Assembly (NCBI GenBank): GCA_964455675.1
Contig: CAYVYK010000016.1
Coordinates: 1-36,681 of the forward strand
Direction of reading: 5' to 3'
DNA: 36,681 bases
Source: an uncultured Methanosarcinales archaeon
Lineage (GTDB): Archaea; Nanobdellota; Nanobdellia; Woesearchaeales; CAYVYK01
The notes beneath the pieces were generated by a model. It was given only the letters and a program-made list of their open reading frames with translations. It had not been told where the DNA came from and searched no databases. Positions 29,184 to 36,681 of this stretch are shown here, piece by piece; position 1 is the stretch's first letter; each line of letters starts with the position of its first letter. The translations under genes and the position numbers were made by a program.

Positions 29184-29912
29184 CCATGCATACCCCTTCT
29201 GCTCAATCTCGTGCAAGAGGCTACTCGTTCCCTCATGCAGGACTTTACCGTCAACCATGACAAGCACGCGATCGGGCTTAATATACTCCAGAATGCGCTG
29301 GTAATGCGTGATAATCAAGAATGACCTGTCCTGATTCCTCATGGCATTCACACTCTCTGCAACAGCCTTGAGCGCGTCAATATCCAGGCCTGAATCAGTC
29401 TCATCAAGAATGGCAAACTTCGGCTCAAGGAGCGCGAGCTGAAGCATTTCGAGGCGCTTTTTCTCACCGCCGGAAAAACCCAGGTTTAGGTAGCGAGACG
29501 CAAATGAAGGATCAATCCCGAGAAGATTCATCTTCTCGCTAAGAAGCCCTCGGAATTCCATCACGGAAATCTTTTCATCGCCCGTCATGTGCGCATTCTT
29601 GGCCATCCGAAGAAAATGTGCAACCGTCACCCCAGGAACCTCATGGGGATGCTGGAATGAGAGAAAGATCCCAAGCAGCGAACGCTGATCTGGCGTACAC
29701 TCAAGGATACTCTTCCCAAGAAACCTGATATCACCGGACGTTACCTTATACTTTGGATTCCCCATGATCGCATTTCCGAGGGTGGACTTGCCAGAACCAT
29801 TCGGGCCCATGAGCGCGACAGTCTCGCCAGGCAAAACGCTCAAGGAGACTCCCTTCAATATCTCTCGCTGCTCAACACTAACATGCACATCACGCACTTC
29901 GAGCACGAACAT
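29151..29912 (-). CDS. sufC: Fe-S assembly ATPase SufC
   Basis: MGPNGSGKST, FLSFQHP.EVPGV, GFSGGEKKRLE, LDETDSGLDIDAL, ITHYQR. Confidence 0.96.
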   Translation of the reverse strand: MFVLEVRDVHVSVEQREILKGVSLSVLPGETVALMGPNGSGKSTLGNAIMGNPKYKVTSGDIRFLGKSILECTPDQRSLLGIFLSFQHPHEVPGVTVAHFLRMAKNAHMTGDEKISVMEFRGLLSEKMNLLGIDPSFASRYLNLGFSGGEKKRLEMLQLALLEPKFAILDETDSGLDIDALKAVAESVNAMRNQDRSFLIITHYQRILEYIKPDRVLVMVDGKVLHEGTSSLLHEIEQKGYAWLTDAPAKVKR

Positions 29913-30288
29913 TCACCTCGTAGTTTGCAAGACCATTCTGCAGGGTCATTACCGGAAGCATTGCGCACTTCATCCTAACAGGACTGATGTGAATACCGAG
30001 CATTTTCTGCACTTCCTGGGCCCCGAGCTTATAAGCGAATTCTGTGGGCTTATTCTTGACAGCGTCAGTCATCATTGATGCTGACGCGGTGCAGATCGCA
30101 CAACTCTTGCCTTGAAACTTGATGTCTTTGATGATTCCATCATCGATACGTGCGGATATCTCAACATCATCGCCACATGAGCGATTCAGCTCACGATGCG
30201 TGAACGAAGGATTCTTGATGGCACCTGCGTTATGAGGGTGCTTGTAGAGATCCAGAATGTTCTCGCGGTACAATTCTTCGTCGCTCAT
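29890..30288 (-). CDS. sufU: SufU/IscU-like Fe-S scaffold or sulfur-transfer protein
   Basis: LYRENILD.YKHPHN, SCGD, SCAICTASAS, RMKCA. Confidence 0.9.
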   Translation of the reverse strand: MSDEELYRENILDLYKHPHNAGAIKNPSFTHRELNRSCGDDVEISARIDDGIIKDIKFQGKSCAICTASASMMTDAVKNKPTEFAYKLGAQEVQKMLGIHISPVRMKCAMLPVMTLQNGLANYEVNVRARSA

Positions 30289-31499
30289 CCAAACACCTTT
30301 TGCACACGCCTGATTCCCGCAGTGAGCGCGTCAATGTCCTCTTTGGTATTGTAAAGATACAAGCTCGCGCGCGTCGTCCCAGTAATTCCAAGCTTCTTCA
30401 TGAGAGGCATCGCGCAATGATGGCCAGCACGGACACAAATACCATCCCTATCAAGAATCGAGGCAACATCATGAGGATGGATACCATCAAGCACGAACGA
30501 GAAAATCGCAGCATGATGCAGAGGACTACTGAACCCATACAGTCGCAATCCCTTGATACCCTTGAGTTGTTCGTATCCATATTTCGTCAGCGTCTCCTCA
30601 TGTCTCTCTATGACATCCATCCTAACGCTTTGTAGATACTCAATCGCGGCACCAAACCCAATAGCACCCGCGACATTTGGGGTGCCTGCTTCGAACTTAT
30701 AGGGAAGATCATTCCACGATGCATTTTCATACGAGACATCGTTAATCATATCGCCACCAAAGAGGAAGGGATCCATCTTCCTCAGAAGATCCCTTTTCCC
30801 GACAAGAACTCCAAGACCCATTGGGCCCAGCATCTTATGGGCAGAGCATGCGAAAAAATCGCAGTCCATATCTTTCACGTCAATAGGCATGTGCGGAGCG
30901 CTCTGAGCCCCATCAATAATACTTATCGCGCCGATTTCATGAGCTAACTTTGCGATCTCTTTTGTGTCGATGCATACGCCGAGCGCGTTGGAACACTGCG
31001 ACGTTGAAATTATCCTTGTCTTTCCCGAGACAAATTCCGGAAAGCGCGATTCATCAAGCACACCATCCTTTAGAATCGGCACATATTTCAATTTTGCACC
31101 CGTGCGCTTGGCCAGCTGCTGCCAGGGGACCATGTTGCTGTGGTGCTCGAGTTCCGTCACAAGAATCTCGTCACCCTTCTTCAAGGTGCTAGCGAGACTG
31201 TACGCGAGAAGGTTCAATGACTCTGTGGTGTTCCTCGTGAAGATCACTTCCTCAGGCAACGCGTGGAAAAAACCTGCAGTCAGTTCTCGCGCTCTGTCGA
31301 ATCTGTCCGAAGCCTCCTCGGATAGGGTGTACAATCCCCGATGGACGTTCGCATTGTACTTTTTGTAGTATTCCGACTCGCTATCAATCACTATGGCGGG
31401 CTTTTGCGTCGTTGCGGCATTATCCAAATAGACGATTGGCTTACCATTCACTTTTCTCTTCAGGAGGGGAAAATCTTCCCGGATCTTATCAACATTCAT
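30285..31499 (-). CDS. sufS: Cysteine desulfurase SufS
   Basis: YLDNAATTQKP, EHHSN, DGAQS, SAHKMLGP, FEAGTP, RAGHHCA. True start ATG 31499. Confidence 0.96.
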   Translation of the reverse strand: MNVDKIREDFPLLKRKVNGKPIVYLDNAATTQKPAIVIDSESEYYKKYNANVHRGLYTLSEEASDRFDRARELTAGFFHALPEEVIFTRNTTESLNLLAYSLASTLKKGDEILVTELEHHSNMVPWQQLAKRTGAKLKYVPILKDGVLDESRFPEFVSGKTRIISTSQCSNALGVCIDTKEIAKLAHEIGAISIIDGAQSAPHMPIDVKDMDCDFFACSAHKMLGPMGLGVLVGKRDLLRKMDPFLFGGDMINDVSYENASWNDLPYKFEAGTPNVAGAIGFGAAIEYLQSVRMDVIERHEETLTKYGYEQLKGIKGLRLYGFSSPLHHAAIFSFVLDGIHPHDVASILDRDGICVRAGHHCAMPLMKKLGITGTTRASLYLYNTKEDIDALTAGIRRVQKVFG

Positions 31500-32626
31500 T
31501 CTACCATCAGCTTCTCCACGCCAAGAGTGATTGCGTCTATTAATTCTTTGTGCGAATTCTCGGAGATGGTGCCGCTCAAAAATCCATGAACGAGCAGCTT
31601 CTTTGCATCCTTTATTCCCCGGCTCTGCACGTAAAACAGGGCATCCTGGTCGATCTGGCCTACGGAAGAGCCATGCGTGCATGAAACATCATGATTGTTG
31701 ATCTCGAGGTTAGGAAGCGCGTGACCTTTTCCACTTCCAAGAATGAGAAGATCAAGCCGCTGATACGCGTCAGCCTTTGCGGCATCTTTTGTGACGTGGG
31801 CAAGTCCGCGGGAGATAATCATGCCATCCGTTCCCGCAACACCGCGAGTGATGGAGTCAGATGAGGTCGACACCCCTCGATGCACCGCCGTTGCATACTC
31901 ATCAACAATACCCTTCGCGACAATAACCGACTCGCATTTTTGTGATGCACAAGGACCTGCAAGGACGGTCGACGTTGCACAATTCACGATACTACCACCA
32001 ATCGTCGCGGACAGCCAGTGAATTTTTGCGTGATCATCAAGAAGGGCACGCCGTTCGCGGAATTCCACGCACTCACCAAGATTCTGCACAGACTGGAACG
32101 AGAGGGACGCGGACTTTTCCAGACGAACCTCAATAATCTCGCTCCTTAGTCTGCCACTGCCCTGCACGTCAAAAAGCACGTCAAGGCGCGCATTCTCTTC
32201 AAGCCAGATGAATACATAATCGCACCGCAAGGCGTTCATCATGTTACTCGTGATCCTTAGCAGAGTATCTACCTTGCACTCGGCAGGAACGTGGATGAAC
32301 AACCCCTCCTTGAGCGTCGCAATGTGAAACGCACGAACCTTGTCCATACCACACGACGAAAGCATATACTTCTCGCACACGAACGGGTACTTCCTGAAAG
32401 CTTCCTTGAAGGAGAGCAGCTCCACGCCCTTTGGCTTTGTCGCAACGAGCTGTTCCTGCGACGGAAGAAGCGAAAAATCAAGAGATACCTCATACTGCAC
32501 GGTACGCCCGTAGCGAAATTTTTCCTGCGAGCTCGATTGAAACGCATGCCATGCTTGCATCCTACGGTCATGAAGCCATGGAGGGTCCTTCCTAGCGAGC
32601 GCCATGACCACCTCATGCGAGATCAT
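31496..32626 (-). CDS. sufD: Fe-S assembly protein SufD
   Basis: PNLEINNHDVSCTHGSSVGQID..LFYVQSRGI. Confidence 0.9.
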   Translation of the reverse strand: MISHEVVMALARKDPPWLHDRRMQAWHAFQSSSQEKFRYGRTVQYEVSLDFSLLPSQEQLVATKPKGVELLSFKEAFRKYPFVCEKYMLSSCGMDKVRAFHIATLKEGLFIHVPAECKVDTLLRITSNMMNALRCDYVFIWLEENARLDVLFDVQGSGRLRSEIIEVRLEKSASLSFQSVQNLGECVEFRERRALLDDHAKIHWLSATIGGSIVNCATSTVLAGPCASQKCESVIVAKGIVDEYATAVHRGVSTSSDSITRGVAGTDGMIISRGLAHVTKDAAKADAYQRLDLLILGSGKGHALPNLEINNHDVSCTHGSSVGQIDQDALFYVQSRGIKDAKKLLVHGFLSGTISENSHKELIDAITLGVEKLMVE

Positions 32627-34011
32627 CCTAAACCCTCCATTTCGAGCTGGATCAGTCGATTTAATTCGACTGCGTACTCGAGGGGAAGCTCCTTTACTAT
32701 CGGTTCAATAAAACCCGAAACGATGAGGTCTGCAGCTTCCTTCTCTGAAAGACCGCGACTCATGAGGTAGAATATCTGGTCGTCGTTAATCTTTCCAACG
32801 GAAGCCTCATGCGCCATGTCCGTACTATCATTTCTGACCGTGATGATCGGATATGTCTGGGACGTGCTGATGCTATCCATCATGAGCGCGTCACACTCCA
32901 CCTTGGATCTCGTATGTTCTGCGCGCTCTGACACTTCCACGAGGCCACGATAACTCGTGATGCCCCCATCCTTGGAAATACTCTTTGACGTAATGATCGA
33001 CGAGGTGTTTGGGGCAAGATGGTGCACCTTCGCGCCCACATCCTGATGCTGTCCTTTTCCCGCGTATGCAATACTTGTGTGCTCCGACCTTGCATACTCA
33101 CCTATGAGGACACTACAGGGATAGAGCATTGTGACGCCGCTCCCTAGGTTACCACCTACCCACTCGATAATGCCATGCTCATGGACAATTGCTCGCTTTG
33201 TGTTGAGGTTGAACGTATTCTTGCTCCAGTTCTCAATACTGCTATAGCGGACGCGCGCGTTCTTCAGGACGAAAATCTCAACACCGCCCGCGTGGAGCGA
33301 GGACGCATTATAAACCGGAGCTGAGCAGCCCTCAATGTAGTGAAGCTGTGCTCCCTCATCAACAATAATTAGCGTGTGCTCAAACTGACCGCCGCGCTCC
33401 GCATTCATGCGAAAATACGCCTGAAGAGGAATAGTAACCTTGACGCCCTTTGGGACGTAAATGAAAGTTCCGCCACTCCACACCGCGCAATGCAAGGCCA
33501 TAAACTTGTGAAGAGTTGGCGGAAGACAGCTCGTCATGAAATACTTCTTGACCATCTCCTCATGTTTCTTTACTGCATCGTCCATGTCAGTGAAGATAAC
33601 ACCATGCTTATGCCACTCTTCCTTGAGGTTGTGGTAAACCGAGAGGGACTCATACTGGGCTCCCACACCGCCAAGAGCATGACGCTCTGCTTTCGGAATA
33701 CCGAGGCGCTCAAACGTCCTCTTGATATGTTCTGGAACATCATCCCATGAATGAGACTTCTTCGCATTCGGACGGATGAAATACACTATGCGACTTAAGT
33801 CAAGGTCCTTAATGCTCGGGCCAAATCCCGGAAGCGGCAAGGTTCGAAATACTGCAAGTGCAGCTAGGCGCTTTGTCCGCATCCACTCCGGCTCGCCCTT
33901 GCTTGTTGAGATCTCCCGCACTAGCTCTTCCGTGATGCCCTCGTCTGCCTTGAAGAGATTATCCTCTACATCAATGTGATCGTAGCGTTCCCTATCCATT
34001 TCGATGTGCAT
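32623..34011 (-). CDS. sufB: Fe-S assembly protein SufB
   Basis: GVGAQYES, AVWSGGTFIYVP, PLQAYFR, GQFEHTLI, YIEGCSAP, HEASVGKI, LPLEYAVE. Confidence 0.96.
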   Translation of the reverse strand: MHIEMDRERYDHIDVEDNLFKADEGITEELVREISTSKGEPEWMRTKRLAALAVFRTLPLPGFGPSIKDLDLSRIVYFIRPNAKKSHSWDDVPEHIKRTFERLGIPKAERHALGGVGAQYESLSVYHNLKEEWHKHGVIFTDMDDAVKKHEEMVKKYFMTSCLPPTLHKFMALHCAVWSGGTFIYVPKGVKVTIPLQAYFRMNAERGGQFEHTLIIVDEGAQLHYIEGCSAPVYNASSLHAGGVEIFVLKNARVRYSSIENWSKNTFNLNTKRAIVHEHGIIEWVGGNLGSGVTMLYPCSVLIGEYARSEHTSIAYAGKGQHQDVGAKVHHLAPNTSSIITSKSISKDGGITSYRGLVEVSERAEHTRSKVECDALMMDSISTSQTYPIITVRNDSTDMAHEASVGKINDDQIFYLMSRGLSEKEAADLIVSGFIEPIVKELPLEYAVELNRLIQLEMEGLG

Positions 34012-34022
34012 AGTCCCCTCAG

Positions 34023-34064
34023 TTAACTATAGTTAAGTACGGGCTTTTTCGCACTATATATAGT
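34023..34064. promoter_or_regulatory. suf promoter: palindromic operator TTAACTATAGTTAA (34023-34036) and TATA within ACTATATATAGT (34053-34064)
   Basis: Perfect 14-bp palindrome between the TATA box and the sufB start, at the expected TSS. Confidence 0.6.
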
Positions 34065-34118
34065 TTATGGAATTCTGCGGCCGCAAAGTATAAAACGTTC
34101 CACTACTCGGCAAAGCTG

Positions 34119-35849
34119 ATGCACGCATTCATCCAGCAATTCGCCATCCTTTTCCTTGTCGTAGTCGTTGTCTCATTCATCGTCAAACTGATGAGGCAGC
34201 CCATCATCATCGGATACGTCATATCAGGAATACTGTTCTCGCTGTACGCACTGCAAGACATGGGAGAACAAGTCATCCTGCTCTCTGAACTCGGCATCAC
34301 GTTCCTCCTCTTCCTCATGGGGCTTGAATTTGACTTCAAAAGCCTGCGCTACTATGGGAAGGACATCCTCATTACGACCGCGATCCAAAGCGCCGTATTT
34401 GGGGGCATTGCGTTCACGCTCGGGTACCTCTTTGGGTTTGGCATTCGCGGAAGCATCTACGTCGCGCTCCTCTTCATGTTCAGCAGTACGCTCCTCGTCG
34501 CGAAATGGATTGAAGACAAGAAGGAGACAAGCACCGTGCATGGAAAGATCGTCCTTGGCACACTCATCATGCAGGACGTCCTTGCCATCATCGGCCTCAC
34601 CATCCTCAGCATGAATGCGGGATCATGGCAGGGCATACTCCTTGCACCGTTCAAAGGGCTGTTACTCCTTGCCATTGCATTCGTGCTCGCGCGCTACGTC
34701 ATGAATACACTCCTTAAGTTTGCGGCGAAGTACCCAGAGCTCTTGTTCATCTTCAGCCTTGGGATCTGCTTTTTGTTCGTGGAACTCGCGCCAATCCTTG
34801 GGTACTCCACAAGCATCGGAGCGTTCATTGCGGGAGTCATGCTCGCAAACACGATCTACCATAATGAGGTGAGCGGAAAACTCAAGTCCCTCATCATCTT
34901 CTTCAACATGCTCTTCTTTATTGGCCTCGGTTACCAGATGCGACTCGACCTTGCCGTGCATGTCTACCTCTTTGCAGGAATACTCTGCGCACTTAGCCTT
35001 CTCGTAAAACCGGTCGTTGCGTATGTCACGTTCCGACTGCGCGGATATGATATCAAAACATCATTCCTCTCGGCAGTGTACCTTGCGCAACTCTCGGAAT
35101 TTGGGATCATTATCGTCGCGGCCGCAGGAGCGGCGGAAGAGCTCACGTCCATCGCTATTATCTGCGTCATATTCACGATGATCCTGTCATCATATTACAT
35201 CAAGTACGACAAGAAACTCTTTGCGCGGTTTGAGAAGTACATCCGCGCGGTTGATAGGATTACGAAAACAAAGGATGCCGGAATCGAACAAGCACCTGAA
35301 ACAGTCCACGTCCTGTTCTTTGGATACTACGAGATCAGCAAGCAACTATTTGACAAAGCAAGCAGCATCGGAAAACACGTCCTCGTCGTTGAACAAGATC
35401 CCGAAAATATTGAGCAACTTCGCAAAGAAGGAATACCATACTACTACGGATCCCCGTCGAATCCTGACCTCTTCGAGCATGTGAAGATCGACGAAGTCGA
35501 GCTCGTGGTGTCAAGCATTATCGACGTTGATGAGAACATCCGAGTGATCAAAGAAATCAAGCACGTCAATCCCAAAGCGCTCGTTATCGTGACCGCGAAG
35601 AATACAAAGGACTCGCTCACTCTGTACTCACGCGATGCGGACTACGTCATTTACCCCCACTACCTGAACGAACAGCACGTCTCGGTGCTGGTTGAGGACT
35701 ACACGCAAGGCATTAATCGCATTCTTGATAAAAAATTGGCGGACATGGAACGGCTGAAGGAAAGCGAGAAGCGGGAGTCCGCGGACTTCCTCAACATCGA
35801 CATGTTTCTCAAGAACCTCGCGAAAGATATAAAAAGGGAGAAACCCTAA
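34119..35849 (+). CDS. CPA2/Kef-type cation:proton antiporter with C-terminal RCK (TrkA-N) domain
   Basis: RQPIIIGY, SELGITFLLFLMGLE, SST, LIMQD, GAFIAG, AQLSEF, about 12 TM helices, then an RCK domain ending ADYVIYP. Confidence 0.92.
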   Translation: MHAFIQQFAILFLVVVVVSFIVKLMRQPIIIGYVISGILFSLYALQDMGEQVILLSELGITFLLFLMGLEFDFKSLRYYGKDILITTAIQSAVFGGIAFTLGYLFGFGIRGSIYVALLFMFSSTLLVAKWIEDKKETSTVHGKIVLGTLIMQDVLAIIGLTILSMNAGSWQGILLAPFKGLLLLAIAFVLARYVMNTLLKFAAKYPELLFIFSLGICFLFVELAPILGYSTSIGAFIAGVMLANTIYHNEVSGKLKSLIIFFNMLFFIGLGYQMRLDLAVHVYLFAGILCALSLLVKPVVAYVTFRLRGYDIKTSFLSAVYLAQLSEFGIIIVAAAGAAEELTSIAIICVIFTMILSSYYIKYDKKLFARFEKYIRAVDRITKTKDAGIEQAPETVHVLFFGYYEISKQLFDKASSIGKHVLVVEQDPENIEQLRKEGIPYYYGSPSNPDLFEHVKIDEVELVVSSIIDVDENIRVIKEIKHVNPKALVIVTAKNTKDSLTLYSRDADYVIYPHYLNEQHVSVLVEDYTQGINRILDKKLADMERLKESEKRESADFLNIDMFLKNLAKDIKREKP

Positions 35850-35869
35850 GTTTATTCGGGGGTGTACTT

Positions 35870-36181
35870 ATGAGAGCGATGCTCTTCCTTGTATTTGTAT
35901 TACTATTACCTACAGCGTACGCTGAGCCATGGGAGGAGGCGCTGGGTTCTGGATATACGTTTTTACTTCAGAATGTCCGGTTCTCGCACCGGCAACTACC
36001 CATCACGACGTACAGCGTCCTTGCGGCAGAGCCTGTATTGACTCCGAACGGCTGGGAAGTGCTGTTTCGGGTGACAGCGCAGGGGTATGACCGAGACGTC
36101 TTGTTCTTCGTAAATCCGGAAACGTACCAAGTAGAACGAATGTTTCTGTCAAAAGAAGTACTTGTTCCGGGAGTTGCGTAA
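35870..36181 (+). CDS. Small secreted hypothetical protein (PepSY-like pattern)
   Basis: Signal peptide ending AYA; WEVLF...VLFFVNPETYQV; GGGGTG SD. Confidence 0.65.
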   Translation: MRAMLFLVFVLLLPTAYAEPWEEALGSGYTFLLQNVRFSHRQLPITTYSVLAAEPVLTPNGWEVLFRVTAQGYDRDVLFFVNPETYQVERMFLSKEVLVPGVA

Positions 36182-36242
36182 CCCTACGAAGAACGTTCCT
36201 GCACGATTACGGGGATCACGTACTCTCGGTTCTATGCTCAAT

Positions 36243-36342
36243 CCATCTTGCGCACGACGCCTCCATGGCACACCATGCTTACTCGCTCATGCGCACGCCA
36301 TAACTATGAACACTGCCATCTTCCGCACGCCGCCTCCATGGC
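36243..36342. repeat. 27-bp direct repeat (2 mismatches) with a degenerate middle copy
   Basis: CCATCTTGCGCACGACGCCTCCATGGC (36243-36269) versus CCATCTTCCGCACGCCGCCTCCATGGC (36316-36342). Confidence 0.75.
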
Positions 36343-36426
36343 GGCAGACGGCCGTGGCTGCGCCACGGCCTACTCGCCACCCCGACGGGGGCGACCCCCG
36401 GCTCGTCCTGCGCCACGGCGGCGTGC
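36325..36426. other. GC-rich branched stem-loop element (candidate ncRNA or MITE/REP-like element)
   Basis: 10-bp closing stem GCACGCCGCC/GGCGGCGTGC, 9-bp hairpin 36350-36370, second hairpin 36374-36394. Confidence 0.6.
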
Positions 36427-36457
36427 TATACTGTGTTCTCTCGGAGCAGAACCGACG

Positions 36458-36471
36458 GAAAGCTTTAAAAA
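36458..36471 (+). promoter_or_regulatory. BRE/TATA of the tRNA-Glu locus
   Basis: GAAAGC-TTTAAAAA, with the TATA box starting 32 nt before the duplicated tRNA 5' fragment. Confidence 0.7.
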
Positions 36472-36495
36472 CAGTCTAGAAAAACCAATGTGTGG

Positions 36496-36603
36496 GCTCC
36501 TGTGGTGTAGCCAACGGCAAACTTTTTCCTCCGGTCGCCAGCCTTACGGCGGCTCCCTCCGAAAAAGTTTGATCAAAAAGAAGGCTGCCTGCGGCAGCAA
36601 AAC
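36496..36603 (+). repeat. Duplicated tRNA-Glu 5' fragment (15 nt) followed by a 93-bp hairpin element
   Basis: GCTCCTGTGGTGTAG at 36496 and 36604; inverted repeat CAAACTTTTTC (36518-36528)/GAAAAAGTTTG (36561-36571); GCTGCC-TGC-GGCAGC (36584-36598). Confidence 0.85.
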
Positions 36604-36678
36604 GCTCCTGTGGTGTAGTCCGGCCAATCATTCGAGGCTTTCGACCTTGAGACCCGGGTTCAAATCCCGGCGGGAGCA
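36604..36678 (+). tRNA. tRNA-Glu(TTC), intronless
   Basis: GCTCCTG/CGGGAGC acceptor stem, CGAGG-CTTTCGA-CCTTG anticodon arm, CCGGG-TTCAAAT-CCCGG T arm. Confidence 0.95.
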
Positions 36679-36681
36679 TTA

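Noticed and set aside
31500..31682. N-terminal extensions in the ORF track (sufS, thrS, helicase, lgt, permease, ProDH)
   Set aside because: They overlap neighbouring genes or promoters; downstream starts fit the family N-termini and SD/TATA positions.
36325..36426. 5S rRNA, SRP RNA, RNase P RNA or tRNA-Sec
   Set aside because: No 5S CCGAAC loop, no SRP helix-8 motif, no GAGGAAAGUCC, and no T arm or UCA anticodon on either strand.
36496..36603. Split tRNA half or D-loop intron of tRNA-Glu
   Set aside because: A complete uninterrupted tRNA-Glu follows, the fragment is only 15 nt, and I see no BHB motif or complementary trans-splicing leader.
36162..36679. ORFs 36162-36479 (+) and 36476-36679 (-)
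   Set aside because: They run through structured repeats and antisense to tRNA-Glu, with no protein-like features.

Overview
Archaeal chromosomal segment, most consistent with a DPANN lineage such as Woesearchaeota/Nanoarchaeota. This is an inference from ribosomal protein eS1, intron-containing tRNAs, BRE/TATA promoters, a tandem-domain Lrp regulator and a Cys-rich S-layer-like surface protein. It carries many bacterial-type genes: ThrRS, Lgt, GyrB, a SufBDSUC operon, class II RNR plus CobO, a UbiB-like kinase and a Kef-type antiporter. There are about 32 CDSs and 3 tRNAs: Ile-GAT and Asn-GTT, each with a 16-nt intron at 37/38, and Glu-TTC. The most unusual signal is non-coding and tRNA-linked. 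First, a 100-bp-period array of three palindromic units lies directly downstream of tRNA-Ile, each rebuilding the tRNA acceptor+T-stem (minihelix) around a variable insert. Second, a 93-bp hairpin element sits between a duplicated tRNA-Glu 5' end and the intact gene. Third, a GC-rich branched structure lies next to that element. Several of these hairpins have GNA/GNRA loops. Also notable are tandem NrdR-like boxes over an archaeal nrdJ promoter and an apparently intact bacterial Lgt in an archaeon. No CRISPR array, integrase or transposase was seen. All calls come from reading motifs by eye, without database searches.
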